In this document: in pieces, positions 9,819 to 19,332 of the stretch
Layout: every line of letters starts with the position of its first letter
How positions within the stretch are numbered: the stretch's first letter is position 1
Origin: a virus
DNA length: 64,000 bases
Strand: one strand, 5' to 3'
Virus record (IMG/VR): IMGVR_UViG_3300036770_008166
Span: 32,001-96,000 of that record
The notes under the pieces: model-generated
The model's database searches: none
What the model was told of the DNA's origin: nothing
Seen by the model: the letters and a program-made list of their open reading frames with translations, nothing else
Position numbers and translations under genes: made by a program

Positions 9819-10501
9819 TGCATGTTCGCCTGGTATCCTATTCACGACCCACAGAGGAATTTGCCGAACACGGTATCACAGATGCGCAGGAACTTATTGC
9901 GTATTGCGCCCGTGTCAGCAACCCCGCCAACCAATTCAATACAGAGACATCAGAGAAGCTTATCCGATATCTTATCAAACACGCACACTGGAGTCCCCTC
10001 GAGATGGTGTCTGCTTGCATGGAGATCACTACAACCAGAGACATCGCGCGGCAGATACTGCGACACAGATCGTTTTCCTTCCAAGAGTTCTCACAGCGAT
10101 ATGCCGACCCGGTACAAGACCTCGAGTTTGAATTGCGGCCTGCCCGACTGCAAGACGCCAAAAACAGACAGAACAGCGTGGAACTGGACCTCCGAGATCC
10201 AGATCAAAGAGAATTGGCACGTCTATGGGTGGAAAAACAACAGGCTGTCATTAGAGCCGCTCGAGATGCCTATACCTGGGCTATCACGAATGGCATAGCC
10301 AAAGAGCAGGCTCGTGCCGTGTTGCCCGAAGGAAACACCCAGAGCCGCCTGTACATGAATGGCACCCTGCGATCATGGGTGCATTTCATCGAACTCAGGA
10401 GTGCCAACGGCACGCAGTTGGAGCACCAGGCAGTGGCGCGATCCTGTGCAGAGGTGATCGCTACTGTGTTCCCCATGGCCGCCGAATTCGTAGGCCAGTA
10501 G
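9818..10501 (+). CDS. thyX: flavin-dependent thymidylate synthase
   Basis: ThyX motif RHRSFSFQEFSQRY, HWSPLE, EQARAVLP, NGTLRSW.HFIELR. Confidence 0.95.
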   Translation: MHVRLVSYSRPTEEFAEHGITDAQELIAYCARVSNPANQFNTETSEKLIRYLIKHAHWSPLEMVSACMEITTTRDIARQILRHRSFSFQEFSQRYADPVQDLEFELRPARLQDAKNRQNSVELDLRDPDQRELARLWVEKQQAVIRAARDAYTWAITNGIAKEQARAVLPEGNTQSRLYMNGTLRSWVHFIELRSANGTQLEHQAVARSCAEVIATVFPMAAEFVGQ

Positions 10502-10525
10502 CACAGTATCTGCTATACTGTGAGC

Positions 10526-10777
10526 ATGAAGATCACTTTCCATACCTTTACCATGGGCGACGTGGAAGATCCTGACATCTATGCGGCCGAACCTATCTAT
10601 CGATGGCAACAGACTGAGCAGGGAACATGGGCGATGGAGCACGCGCATGATCTCACCTATTACACAGGAGCCGATCCTCACGGTTTTGGATATCTGATCA
10701 GCATCAGAGGCACTGTCAATGACCCCCGACGAGTCACGGAGTATTTCCTAAGATGGCCCAAGCAAGAAAAATCCTAG
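10526..10777 (+). CDS. small hypothetical phage protein
   Basis: 83-aa ORF preceded by extended -10 TGCTATACT (10511-10519). Confidence 0.7.
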   Translation: MKITFHTFTMGDVEDPDIYAAEPIYRWQQTEQGTWAMEHAHDLTYYTGADPHGFGYLISIRGTVNDPRRVTEYFLRWPKQEKS

Positions 10778-11742
10778 TCACAGGAGGTCTTGGCCTGATT
10801 GGACACAATGTAGTCCGGCGACTGCACGACCAAGGTCACGAAGTCATCGTGACAGATATCTGCACCAACTACGGCATCGTGCCGCAGAGCGAAATCGACT
10901 ATCTTGTCCGAGAACGCAGGCAAAGATTAGATCCTAACACGCGAGTTTATGACATAGACATCGCGGATCAGGTAGGCATGGACAACCTCATGCGCAGCCA
11001 TCGATTTGATACCGTGATACACATGGCCAGCTTTCCCCGGCAGAAAGTTGTGAACGCTGATCCCATGCGTGGCAGCCGCACCATGAGCGAAGGGCTACTG
11101 AATCTCCTAGAACTAAGCTCAAGGCATGGGGTAGACAGATTCGTGTACATCTCATCCAGCATGGTGTATGGCGACTTTGCGGATCAGATGCGCGAGGATG
11201 CTGTGTGCAGACCTCAAGGTCAATATGGCATCATGAAACTGGCAGGAGAGTGGTTGGTGCGTGACTACACCCGGCGAGGCAGTTTTGATCATGTCGTAAT
11301 TCGTCCCAGTGCTGTTTATGGTGAACTGGACGTGGAGGATCGCGTGATTTCTCGGTTTATGCTCACGGCCCTGCGTGGAGGGGTATTGAAAGTCAACGGC
11401 GCCACCGAAACCTTGGATTTTACCTATGTAGAGGACGCCGCTGATGGCATCGTGAGTGCTGCCCTGCTACCAGTAGCCCGCAACAAGACCTACAACATCA
11501 CCAAGAGTCATTCCTGGAGCCTGCTAGATGCTGCCCGGCTGGCAGTAAGTATAGCTGGTCAAGGCTCAGTAGAAGTAAGAGACAAGGATGCTGATTTCCC
11601 CAGTCGAGGAGCGCTCAACATTGATGCTGCACGACGAGACCTCGGGTTCAATCCCCGGGTAGACATCGAAGAAGGATTCCAAAGATATCATGACTGGTTC
11701 CGAGGTTCCACTTACTGGAAGCAGCAGTTGAAACAATCATGA
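10753..11742 (+). CDS. NAD-dependent nucleotide-sugar epimerase/dehydratase (extended SDR)
   Basis: TGGLGLIG, SSSMVYG, YGIMK (YxxxK), DFTYVED. Confidence 0.92.
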   Translation: MAQARKILVTGGLGLIGHNVVRRLHDQGHEVIVTDICTNYGIVPQSEIDYLVRERRQRLDPNTRVYDIDIADQVGMDNLMRSHRFDTVIHMASFPRQKVVNADPMRGSRTMSEGLLNLLELSSRHGVDRFVYISSSMVYGDFADQMREDAVCRPQGQYGIMKLAGEWLVRDYTRRGSFDHVVIRPSAVYGELDVEDRVISRFMLTALRGGVLKVNGATETLDFTYVEDAADGIVSAALLPVARNKTYNITKSHSWSLLDAARLAVSIAGQGSVEVRDKDADFPSRGALNIDAARRDLGFNPRVDIEEGFQRYHDWFRGSTYWKQQLKQS

Positions 11743-12845
11743 CGGGACTGACGATACCGTTTGTAGGTCTGACCAAGCAATACAACAATCTCCGCACCGA
11801 GATCCTGGATGTCACCGATGAGGTCTTGCGATCAGGATCTCTCATGGACGGCAACTTCACGGCCGAATTTGAAAACTGGTTGGCCAGGCGCAACAGTGTA
11901 AAATATGCTGTGACCTGCCACTCCGGTACCCAGGCCTTGGAAATCATCGCTCACTATTACGGCACACAACACACTATGCCTAACCCGCCCACAGTGCTCA
12001 TCCCCGCGGTTACCTATGTGGCCACCGCCAATGCGTTCATGCGCGCAGGCTGGTCGGTACATTTTGTTGATGTAGATGCTTTGGGTATTTTTGACATGCG
12101 GTCGATACCAGATATAAGTTATCAGGCCATGGTCTTGGTAGGACTATATGGTGCTGCCATCACGCACATCGGCGATACCAAGATCTGGCGACAGACAGTG
12201 CTACGTGATGGCCTGGTGATAGAGGACGCTGCACAGCACTGGCTCTCCAGCGGTGCCATCAGGATCGGCCAGGCCGCGGCCATCAGTTTCGATCCCATGA
12301 AGAATCTCGCGGCATATGGCAACGGCGGTGCTGTTGTGACCAATGATGCTGATCTTTATCGGTATGCCAAGGCCTGGCGCAACAACGGCAAACCCGACCA
12401 TCATCATGCTGGTACCAACAGCAGGATGAGCGAGATAGACTGTGCCGGGCTCTTGGTCAAAACCCGCCATATCGACGATTGGCAGCAGCGTCGAGCCAAG
12501 ATAGCGCAGTTCTGGATAGACAAGTTGCAGTCATCCACTGTACGCTGTCTTATTAATCGTGACAACTGGCACGACCATTGTTATCACAAGTTCGTGATTG
12601 ATGTGGAAGCCCGCGACATCCTTCAACGCAATCTGGCCATACGAGGCATAGAAACACGCGTGCATTACAGCCAACCCCTGCACGAAATAGATATCTATCG
12701 CCAGTGGCCAGGGCCTTCATTCCTTAGTTCTGCTTCGGCACTGTGTCGCCGGGTGCTAAGCCTGCCGATTTATCCTGAGCTCACTGATCTACAGGTAGAA
12801 TACATAGCAGATCAGGTACGAGACTGCGTGACCAGTTCAGGATGA
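11739..12845 (+). CDS. DegT/DnrJ/EryC1/StrS-family PLP-dependent sugar aminotransferase
   Basis: SGTQAL, IEDAAQH, SFDPMKNL (PLP lysine), GNGG, LSLPIYP. Confidence 0.92.
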   Translation: MTGLTIPFVGLTKQYNNLRTEILDVTDEVLRSGSLMDGNFTAEFENWLARRNSVKYAVTCHSGTQALEIIAHYYGTQHTMPNPPTVLIPAVTYVATANAFMRAGWSVHFVDVDALGIFDMRSIPDISYQAMVLVGLYGAAITHIGDTKIWRQTVLRDGLVIEDAAQHWLSSGAIRIGQAAAISFDPMKNLAAYGNGGAVVTNDADLYRYAKAWRNNGKPDHHHAGTNSRMSEIDCAGLLVKTRHIDDWQQRRAKIAQFWIDKLQSSTVRCLINRDNWHDHCYHKFVIDVEARDILQRNLAIRGIETRVHYSQPLHEIDIYRQWPGPSFLSSASALCRRVLSLPIYPELTDLQVEYIADQVRDCVTSSG

Positions 12846-15844
12846 ATCATCATGGCATATGCACTCAACCATGACCATTCGTAGCTCTTTTTTAATTCTG
12901 CGAAATCCCCGTCTACTTGATCGTAGTAGGCCAATGCATCTTGTGCGCCACAGGCGCTCCATGATGCGAAATTTCCTGCACCCTCAGAACACCAACGGCG
13001 GATACGATATTCGCTTTCCACGTCTGGCAAGCTGGCACGCAGCTTGAGTACTTCTCGGAAAGCTGTGCGCCATGTGGTCCAGGCATCCACATCGTAGCGA
13101 GCCACGCCTGACAGTATCGGCACCACTTCATGCGCATCATCTAGGGTAAAGTCTAGCCCGCGGCCAGGGTTTCTCAAGGTCAGTCGTCGGTTGTAGGCGA
13201 TCATGGCCTGGTGCCCGTACTCCAATTGATTCACAGGATTGTAGGCATGGAAGATGTAGTGTTTGGCCTGCTGCAGCCGATCTGGCTGCCATGCCCAGTC
13301 AAAATCGGCCATGACCTCCAGCTTGGCAAACACCGCAAAGAACCATGGCGTTTGGCTGGCATCAGCGGCAGCATGATAGGCAGCCACTCTGCCTTTGACT
13401 CCATCTACTCTTACACACCGATTTGGTTGCCCTTGCTTGTGATGCAGCAGCGCGCCCCAGTTCAGATCGGCATTGGCTTCCCCGTTGGATATGAATACTA
13501 TGTCCAAGGGCTCGCAGGCATTGTCGCCAAGGTGTGTTTTGTCGATCACAGCATAGTCATAGACCTGTTGTCGTATGCGACCTGTGACTTCTCTGGGCAC
13601 AATCACAGCACAGCTGCCTGGATCCAATGGAGTCACGGCCTTGACATCATCACGCCAGAGATTCACAGCGGGTATCCGAGCTGGTCGATCTTGCGTCGTA
13701 GTAAACAGCGTCAACGGCGCACGCAAAATAGCTGTTCGGATGGGCTCTACATGTGAATCTTCTTGATGTACCATCACTGGTATGGATCTGCGCGGCACAG
13801 ACACACTGACAAAATTCACATCGTACCATTCCAACAGTTTGCATTTGGCTGCTCGTTCTCGGAAAGTGGGCACATGCATGAAAAACGTATCGCCGAACTT
13901 TTGATCGTCCGAGGCAAATACATGCAGCATGCTAGCCTGCCATTGCTCAGGATACCATGTCCAATCAAATTTTGTGTAGTCACAGATACTGCTCACTATC
14001 CAGATCCATTCTGCATCAACTGTGGCAGCTACGCGACGCAGGGTGTCCAGATAGTTGTTCACATATCTCACACATTTTATCACGGGCACTGTTTTGACCA
14101 ATGCCTGTGCCAGTTCAGGCGCGTGTCCATCCAGATGATCCAACACTACCACAGGTGCCCGGCTGGCAACTACTTCTACTCGTACCTGCTCAACATACTT
14201 GCGTTCAGTGGCCCCTGGCACATGATATTCGGGCCCACCGGTTTTTTGATGTTGGCTACCAAACTCATAGATGAAAGGCTGCTCTGTGGCATCTGGATGC
14301 CAGGTCCAGTCAAAATCCGCTATTAGCGCGGCAAGATCTCCGGGCAATTGCCAGTACGGATCCTGCGAAGTTTTTCGGCATCTAAACGCCGATGCATATT
14401 TTACTTCTGTGGCTCTTGGCATATTGTACACTGCCCCGCCGGTCTTCTGCCACTGTGTACCAAACTGATAGATATAGGGCGGCGAACCTGGGTCAGGCCT
14501 CCAAGTGGTATCTACCGAATCCGGATCAATACCTTGGGGCACTGTCCAGGCAGCGGGATTTGGTAAAAGATTTGCTCGCACGTTTGCCACGTACTTGCGT
14601 TCAGTGGCTCCGGGCATCCGGTATTCCAGGGTGGGCCAGATTTCTGCCGGCCACCATTGATTACCGAACACATAGATATAGGGCGGATCTCCGGGATCGG
14701 GTTGCCACGAAGGATCCCAGACGCATGATTCTATAGGGTACCAATAATCATTGGGATTCCTAGTGAGCCTGGCCTGTGGCGAAGGCATGAACTTTCGCTC
14801 AGTGGCTCCGGGTACCCGGAATTCTACAGTGGGCATCTTTTCTGCTGGCCACCACTGATTTCCGAACACATAGATGTAAGGCGGATCTCCCGGATCTGGT
14901 TCCCAAGAAAAATCAAACTCACAATCTATCAGTACCTGAAACAAGGATGGATCAGATTGGCGCTGTGCTCGAGGAGCGGCAAGATATTTTGTTTGCGTGG
15001 CTCCGGGCACAGTGTACATGGCACTGATCCTTTTTTCAGCTGGCCACCACTGATTGCCAAACACATAGGTCATGGGTGGATCGCTGGGATCGGGCCGCCA
15101 ACGGCGCACAGGATCATCGGCCGCAAGATCGTCTAAGATTCGCATGCCTTGATCAGGCCGGGTACGAACAGAAAAATCTGTCGCATATTTTATTTGTGTA
15201 GCACCGGGCACATGATACTGTGCACCACCTGTGCGGTTCCATCCCCACTCTACCGGAAATTCATAGATATAGGGTGGTGCGACAGGATTAGGAACCCATG
15301 ATCTGTCGATGCTGTCTGGATCGATCCAATCTGGTATGTGCCACAGTGCAGGATCGCTGCGTGTGCGGTAAGTGACCAAATCGCTATGTTTGACTTGTGT
15401 GGCTCCCTCGACACGATAGACCACGCCACCGATGTTGTCCCAATGCCACGGTGACGCAAAATGCCACACATAGGGCGGGTCTGCTGGATCTGGATGCCAG
15501 GAGAAATCCACAGATTCTGGGTCCACATACGGAGGCACTTCCCATGCAGCAGGATCCGGCCTTCGTTGGATGGTGTTGGCATGATAGTGGGTATCAACAT
15601 AGCCTGCAGCCGGAACAAGATATATACCGGCATCTTTTTGATGCTGGCTGGCCCAGGCATGCCGTTGGGTGGCCTGCCATGGTGGTGGTTCCCAAAGCCA
15701 ATCCCAGTCAGTGAGATCCGCTAAGTAATGCACCCACCAAAAAAATCTAGTTCGAGCCCGTGACTGTGCATCCGTTATACTTTCAGCAGACTGTTCATGC
15801 AGACCTAACCGCGGTGATCGACCATGATAAAAAATATCAAACAT
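12812..15844 (-). CDS. 1010-aa protein with tandem W-x-P-D-P-x-D-P-P-Y repeats and degenerate GT-A-like domains
   Basis: Internal repeats visible in the translation; C-terminal ~230 aa align by eye with 35535-36461. Confidence 0.75.
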   Translation of the reverse strand: MFDIFYHGRSPRLGLHEQSAESITDAQSRARTRFFWWVHYLADLTDWDWLWEPPPWQATQRHAWASQHQKDAGIYLVPAAGYVDTHYHANTIQRRPDPAAWEVPPYVDPESVDFSWHPDPADPPYVWHFASPWHWDNIGGVVYRVEGATQVKHSDLVTYRTRSDPALWHIPDWIDPDSIDRSWVPNPVAPPYIYEFPVEWGWNRTGGAQYHVPGATQIKYATDFSVRTRPDQGMRILDDLAADDPVRRWRPDPSDPPMTYVFGNQWWPAEKRISAMYTVPGATQTKYLAAPRAQRQSDPSLFQVLIDCEFDFSWEPDPGDPPYIYVFGNQWWPAEKMPTVEFRVPGATERKFMPSPQARLTRNPNDYWYPIESCVWDPSWQPDPGDPPYIYVFGNQWWPAEIWPTLEYRMPGATERKYVANVRANLLPNPAAWTVPQGIDPDSVDTTWRPDPGSPPYIYQFGTQWQKTGGAVYNMPRATEVKYASAFRCRKTSQDPYWQLPGDLAALIADFDWTWHPDATEQPFIYEFGSQHQKTGGPEYHVPGATERKYVEQVRVEVVASRAPVVVLDHLDGHAPELAQALVKTVPVIKCVRYVNNYLDTLRRVAATVDAEWIWIVSSICDYTKFDWTWYPEQWQASMLHVFASDDQKFGDTFFMHVPTFRERAAKCKLLEWYDVNFVSVSVPRRSIPVMVHQEDSHVEPIRTAILRAPLTLFTTTQDRPARIPAVNLWRDDVKAVTPLDPGSCAVIVPREVTGRIRQQVYDYAVIDKTHLGDNACEPLDIVFISNGEANADLNWGALLHHKQGQPNRCVRVDGVKGRVAAYHAAADASQTPWFFAVFAKLEVMADFDWAWQPDRLQQAKHYIFHAYNPVNQLEYGHQAMIAYNRRLTLRNPGRGLDFTLDDAHEVVPILSGVARYDVDAWTTWRTAFREVLKLRASLPDVESEYRIRRWCSEGAGNFASWSACGAQDALAYYDQVDGDFAELKKSYEWSWLSAYAMMIHPELVTQSRT
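14190..15530 (-). repeat. seven coding tandem repeats of ~65 aa (D.SW.PDP.DPPYIY.FG.QW...Y.VPGAT..KY)
   Basis: Seven clear copies, plus degenerate copies on either side; boundaries approximate. Confidence 0.85.
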
Positions 15845-16937
15845 GATCAGGATAGACGAACTTTATAATCACACCTTCTGGCCTTGGATCGAAAAAAACT
15901 GCCCTGGTACCAGAGTATTTTTTTGTGACCCGTTCGGTTATACCCAACCAGAAAATCTTTTCAATCATGGCAGCGATCTCATCCAGGAAGCTGACTATGT
16001 TTTTTTCCATGATCAAGAACCTATCCAGATAGAAGCTCACCGTGCGTTGTTTGATGATGTGGTGCGCAGGAACATGGACATCCAGCCCGCACCTCAGGGT
16101 CGTGTGGTGGTGAGTGAAAAGGGAGATCATGTTGCTGAACTGTGCGATATTTACGGTTGGAAGTCCAGTTATTATTTTTTCCACGGATGGGCCTGTCTTG
16201 ATTGGTATCGCGGATATGACCGCACGTTCCTTTTTCCGCCGCCTGACAGTCGCCGCCGGCCCACACGCACTTTCATGAGTCCCAATCGCATCGTCGGAGG
16301 ACAGAGAGATCATAGGGTTCTTTTCATTTATCACTGTATCAAAAAAAATCTTTTGCAAAACAATATATCTGCTCCAAAAATCTGCCCACATGAAAACGTT
16401 CACATCAAAGATCTGGCTCTGCGTTATGTTAACACATATCCTGACATTGTGCAAGCACTCCAATCTGCCGAGCTACCTTGGTTATTTCCTGACGAAGTCA
16501 CACAGGAAATGACCAGCTGCTGGTTGGACAATTTTGATGTGGCCATGGACAGCATGATCTATGTGCCTACAGAAACTGTGTATTTTGGCAATCGCACTCA
16601 TCTCACTGAAAAAACTTTCAAGGCCATAGCATTGGGCATGCCATTCATTCTGATAGCGGCTGCTGGCAGCCTGGACTATCTCAAACACTATGGATTCCAG
16701 AGTTTTGGCACAGTTTGGGACGAAAGCTATGATCAAGAAACCAACGATCTACGACGTCTCGAGATGGTGACAGATCTTTTGCGTGACATAGAACAGCAGA
16801 GCGACCGAGAAAAACATCAGATCTGGCGCTATGCCATGCACGTGGCCCAGCACAACTGGAATCATTTTTATCATGGCGGTTTCGAACGGGTGCTCTGGCA
16901 GGAAATGACCAACATGCTGAGCGAGTTCAATGCTTAA
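15843..16937 (+). CDS. GT10-like putative glycosyltransferase, paralogue 2
   Basis: VPTETVY...LTEKTFKAI...PF...GFQSF...DESYD...HN. Also shares HDQEP and YFFHGWA.LDWYR with paralogue 1. Confidence 0.6.
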   Translation: MIRIDELYNHTFWPWIEKNCPGTRVFFCDPFGYTQPENLFNHGSDLIQEADYVFFHDQEPIQIEAHRALFDDVVRRNMDIQPAPQGRVVVSEKGDHVAELCDIYGWKSSYYFFHGWACLDWYRGYDRTFLFPPPDSRRRPTRTFMSPNRIVGGQRDHRVLFIYHCIKKNLLQNNISAPKICPHENVHIKDLALRYVNTYPDIVQALQSAELPWLFPDEVTQEMTSCWLDNFDVAMDSMIYVPTETVYFGNRTHLTEKTFKAIALGMPFILIAAAGSLDYLKHYGFQSFGTVWDESYDQETNDLRRLEMVTDLLRDIEQQSDREKHQIWRYAMHVAQHNWNHFYHGGFERVLWQEMTNMLSEFNA

Positions 16938-18117
16938 CTTGGTCACCGATTCCATCATCAAGGGTCGTATCTATCCTGCAGGAGCTAAATGGCAGGCACG
17001 ACCTTACACCCAAGCCTGGCGACAGTTTGGCAATCATTGGCCCTATACCACGCCATTGCGCATGCAGGAGTATTGCGAACAACACGGCGTGGCTTTGAAT
17101 ATTTTTTACCCCGAACAGGTATTGCCGTCAAACACCTTTTACGCTGTATGTCTGGGTTTTTTTGATTTCTCCATAGACTATGTGAATCTGCTGCCAAAAA
17201 ACATAATGGCATTGCTCCGATCCAGCCGGATCAAACTGTTGTTCATGTATCATGAAGGGGACAATCCTTCACAAATCAAACAAAGATTAGATGCTCTATG
17301 CCAACTTCATGACCTCCCCAATCGTTGTTATGTGTTTGTGAGCTCTAATTCATCCGCGGCACGTTTACCAGGGTTTGTGCATTTTGATGATTTTGAGCTC
17401 TGGTATTGGCAACGCAATCGTGATCAAGTGGCCACAGAGATACACCGCGGGGCAAGGCCATATGATTTCACCGTACTGTGTCGCGAACACAAATGGTGGA
17501 GGGCCACAGTGATGGCGGATCTCTGGCGACATCATCTACTGGATCGCAGCCTCTGGAGCTACTGCCATACACCAGACGACGATAATGATCATGACTGTCC
17601 TATCGAAATAGATCGCATATCTCAGCTGAGATACCATCGCGCAAAATTTTTAGAGATCTTGCCCAAATTTTGCGACAGTCTGACCGATCATCAAAGGAAC
17701 GATCATTCACAATCTCCTGAATCTTTGTTTTCCCAGTCTTATATGAATGTGATAATTGAGAGTCAGTTTGATGTCGACAACAGCAGCGGAGTTTTCCTTA
17801 CTGAAAAAACATTCAAACCCATCAAACACGGACAACCTTTTTTCATTGCTGGTGCTGTAGGCAGTTTGCAACAACTGCGTGCGTTGGGCTACAGGACGTT
17901 TGATTCCGTGCTAGACAATGCTTATGACGAAGAGCGTGATCATACCCAGCGGTGGTGCCTGCTGCTACAGGCTATCCAGCGTGCCTACAAAATTGGTCTA
18001 GATCGTATCTTTGCTGCCTGCCTGCCAGACATTGAACACAATCAACAGCTATTCTTGCAACACAAAAAAGACAGATTAAATACCGCGATACAACAGATCA
18101 ATGACCAATACTGTTAA
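16930..18117 (+). CDS. GT10-like putative glycosyltransferase, paralogue 3
   Basis: VIIESQF...LTEKTFKPI...PF...GYRTFD...YD...HN. Confidence 0.6.
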   Translation: MLNLVTDSIIKGRIYPAGAKWQARPYTQAWRQFGNHWPYTTPLRMQEYCEQHGVALNIFYPEQVLPSNTFYAVCLGFFDFSIDYVNLLPKNIMALLRSSRIKLLFMYHEGDNPSQIKQRLDALCQLHDLPNRCYVFVSSNSSAARLPGFVHFDDFELWYWQRNRDQVATEIHRGARPYDFTVLCREHKWWRATVMADLWRHHLLDRSLWSYCHTPDDDNDHDCPIEIDRISQLRYHRAKFLEILPKFCDSLTDHQRNDHSQSPESLFSQSYMNVIIESQFDVDNSSGVFLTEKTFKPIKHGQPFFIAGAVGSLQQLRALGYRTFDSVLDNAYDEERDHTQRWCLLLQAIQRAYKIGLDRIFAACLPDIEHNQQLFLQHKKDRLNTAIQQINDQYC

Positions 18118-19129
18118 TTCCTATACCAGCTGGCAACCGTTGGAGACCGTGATAGTGGGCAGAGCATACAGCCCCGACTACTTTGACTTCATCGATGATG
18201 TCCAGGTCAGGAACCAACTGCAACAGATCTTGACCGAGACCGAAGAAGATCTGGACAATCTCGCACGTGTGATCCAGAGTTTTGGTGCCGAAGTGCTGAG
18301 GCCAGATCTCCCTGACAAAGATCAGTTCGTGTGGTTCCAGACCGAAGGTGGAGGTGCACCGCTACCACCACTGACACCCAGAGACTGGCAGATTACCTTG
18401 GGTGATCGGTTATTGCGTGTATTGGCCATGCCCGAACTGGACAGCATTTGCGACAGATATGGTGATCAGGTAATCAATCCGCACCGTGAGCAATGGGACG
18501 CAGATTGCATCTTGAATGGAGCATCAGCATCTTGTATTGTGCGAGTAGGGCGTGACGTATTTTTTGATAATTCTGATTTCCTACGCCCGGAGCAAACTCA
18601 ATGGATAGTGGACAACGTGCTGGATTCTCGCTATCGAGTCCACGAAGCAGTAACAGATGGTCACGGGGATGCTGTGTTTGCTATACTGAAACCCGGAGTC
18701 ATACTTTCCAGCAAACATGATGTCAATCTAGATCTTGCCAGAGACTTCCCAGGATGGGATGTGTGCAAAATCTGGGATGCCAGCATCTGGGCGGCCATGG
18801 AAGTAGGGAAATTCAAATACGAATCTAACCCCGGAGCATGGTATGTGCAAGGCCAGACACCCACCGCAGAGTTTACCCAGTTTGTTGACACCTATCTCGC
18901 CAAGTGGACTGGCTTTGTGGCAGAAACTGTGTTTGATGTAAACTGCCTGGTGTTAGACGAGAACCATGTGATATTCAGCGCCTATAATCGAGATGTTTTT
19001 GAGTTTTGCAAACGGCATCGCATAGAACCAATCATCTGCGAATTGCGTCACAGTTATTTCTGGGACGGTGGTATCAGTTGTTGCACGCAGGATCTTTGTC
19101 GTCGTGGCGGTCTTGAAACTTATCTATAG
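18101..19129 (+). CDS. amidinotransferase (glycine/inosamine-phosphate amidinotransferase family)
   Basis: VNSYTSWQPLETVIVG N-terminus, TPRD, GHGD, C-terminal DGGISCCTQDL carrying the nucleophilic Cys. Confidence 0.85.
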   Translation: MTNTVNSYTSWQPLETVIVGRAYSPDYFDFIDDVQVRNQLQQILTETEEDLDNLARVIQSFGAEVLRPDLPDKDQFVWFQTEGGGAPLPPLTPRDWQITLGDRLLRVLAMPELDSICDRYGDQVINPHREQWDADCILNGASASCIVRVGRDVFFDNSDFLRPEQTQWIVDNVLDSRYRVHEAVTDGHGDAVFAILKPGVILSSKHDVNLDLARDFPGWDVCKIWDASIWAAMEVGKFKYESNPGAWYVQGQTPTAEFTQFVDTYLAKWTGFVAETVFDVNCLVLDENHVIFSAYNRDVFEFCKRHRIEPIICELRHSYFWDGGISCCTQDLCRRGGLETYL

Positions 19130-19332
19130 GTCTTTCTACCCCATTGAACTAGGTTCCAGATCCGCTCGTGAAAATAATACAAGATTGTATTAGCTATCAA
19201 CTGGATCATAGCAATTGTACCCGCGGTTCCAATGCTGCCGCCAATAATCCACGCTATAACGAACGTAGCAAAACTGCCCGTGAACCGCCAGGTCAAGGCC
19301 TTCGCTATGCTACGACCACGTGTGTCATTCAA
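19120..19332 (-). CDS. DUF2061-like small membrane protein
   Basis: RSIAKALTWR...YYFHERIW..V.WG pattern. Confidence 0.8.
   Translation of the reverse strand: MNDTRGRSIAKALTWRFTGSFATFVIAWIIGGSIGTAGTIAMIQLIANTILYYFHERIWNLVQWGRKTYR

Noticed and set aside
14190-15530. DNA-level direct repeats considered as a CRISPR array or DGR template/variable pair
   Set aside because: Repeats are in-frame, ~200 nt apart and diverge at synonymous sites; no cas or reverse transcriptase gene and no adenine-specific variation.
15837-16463. 208-aa minus-strand ORF that ends overlapping the start of the 1010-aa gene
   Set aside because: Fully antisense to a motif-bearing GT10-like gene and has no recognisable features.
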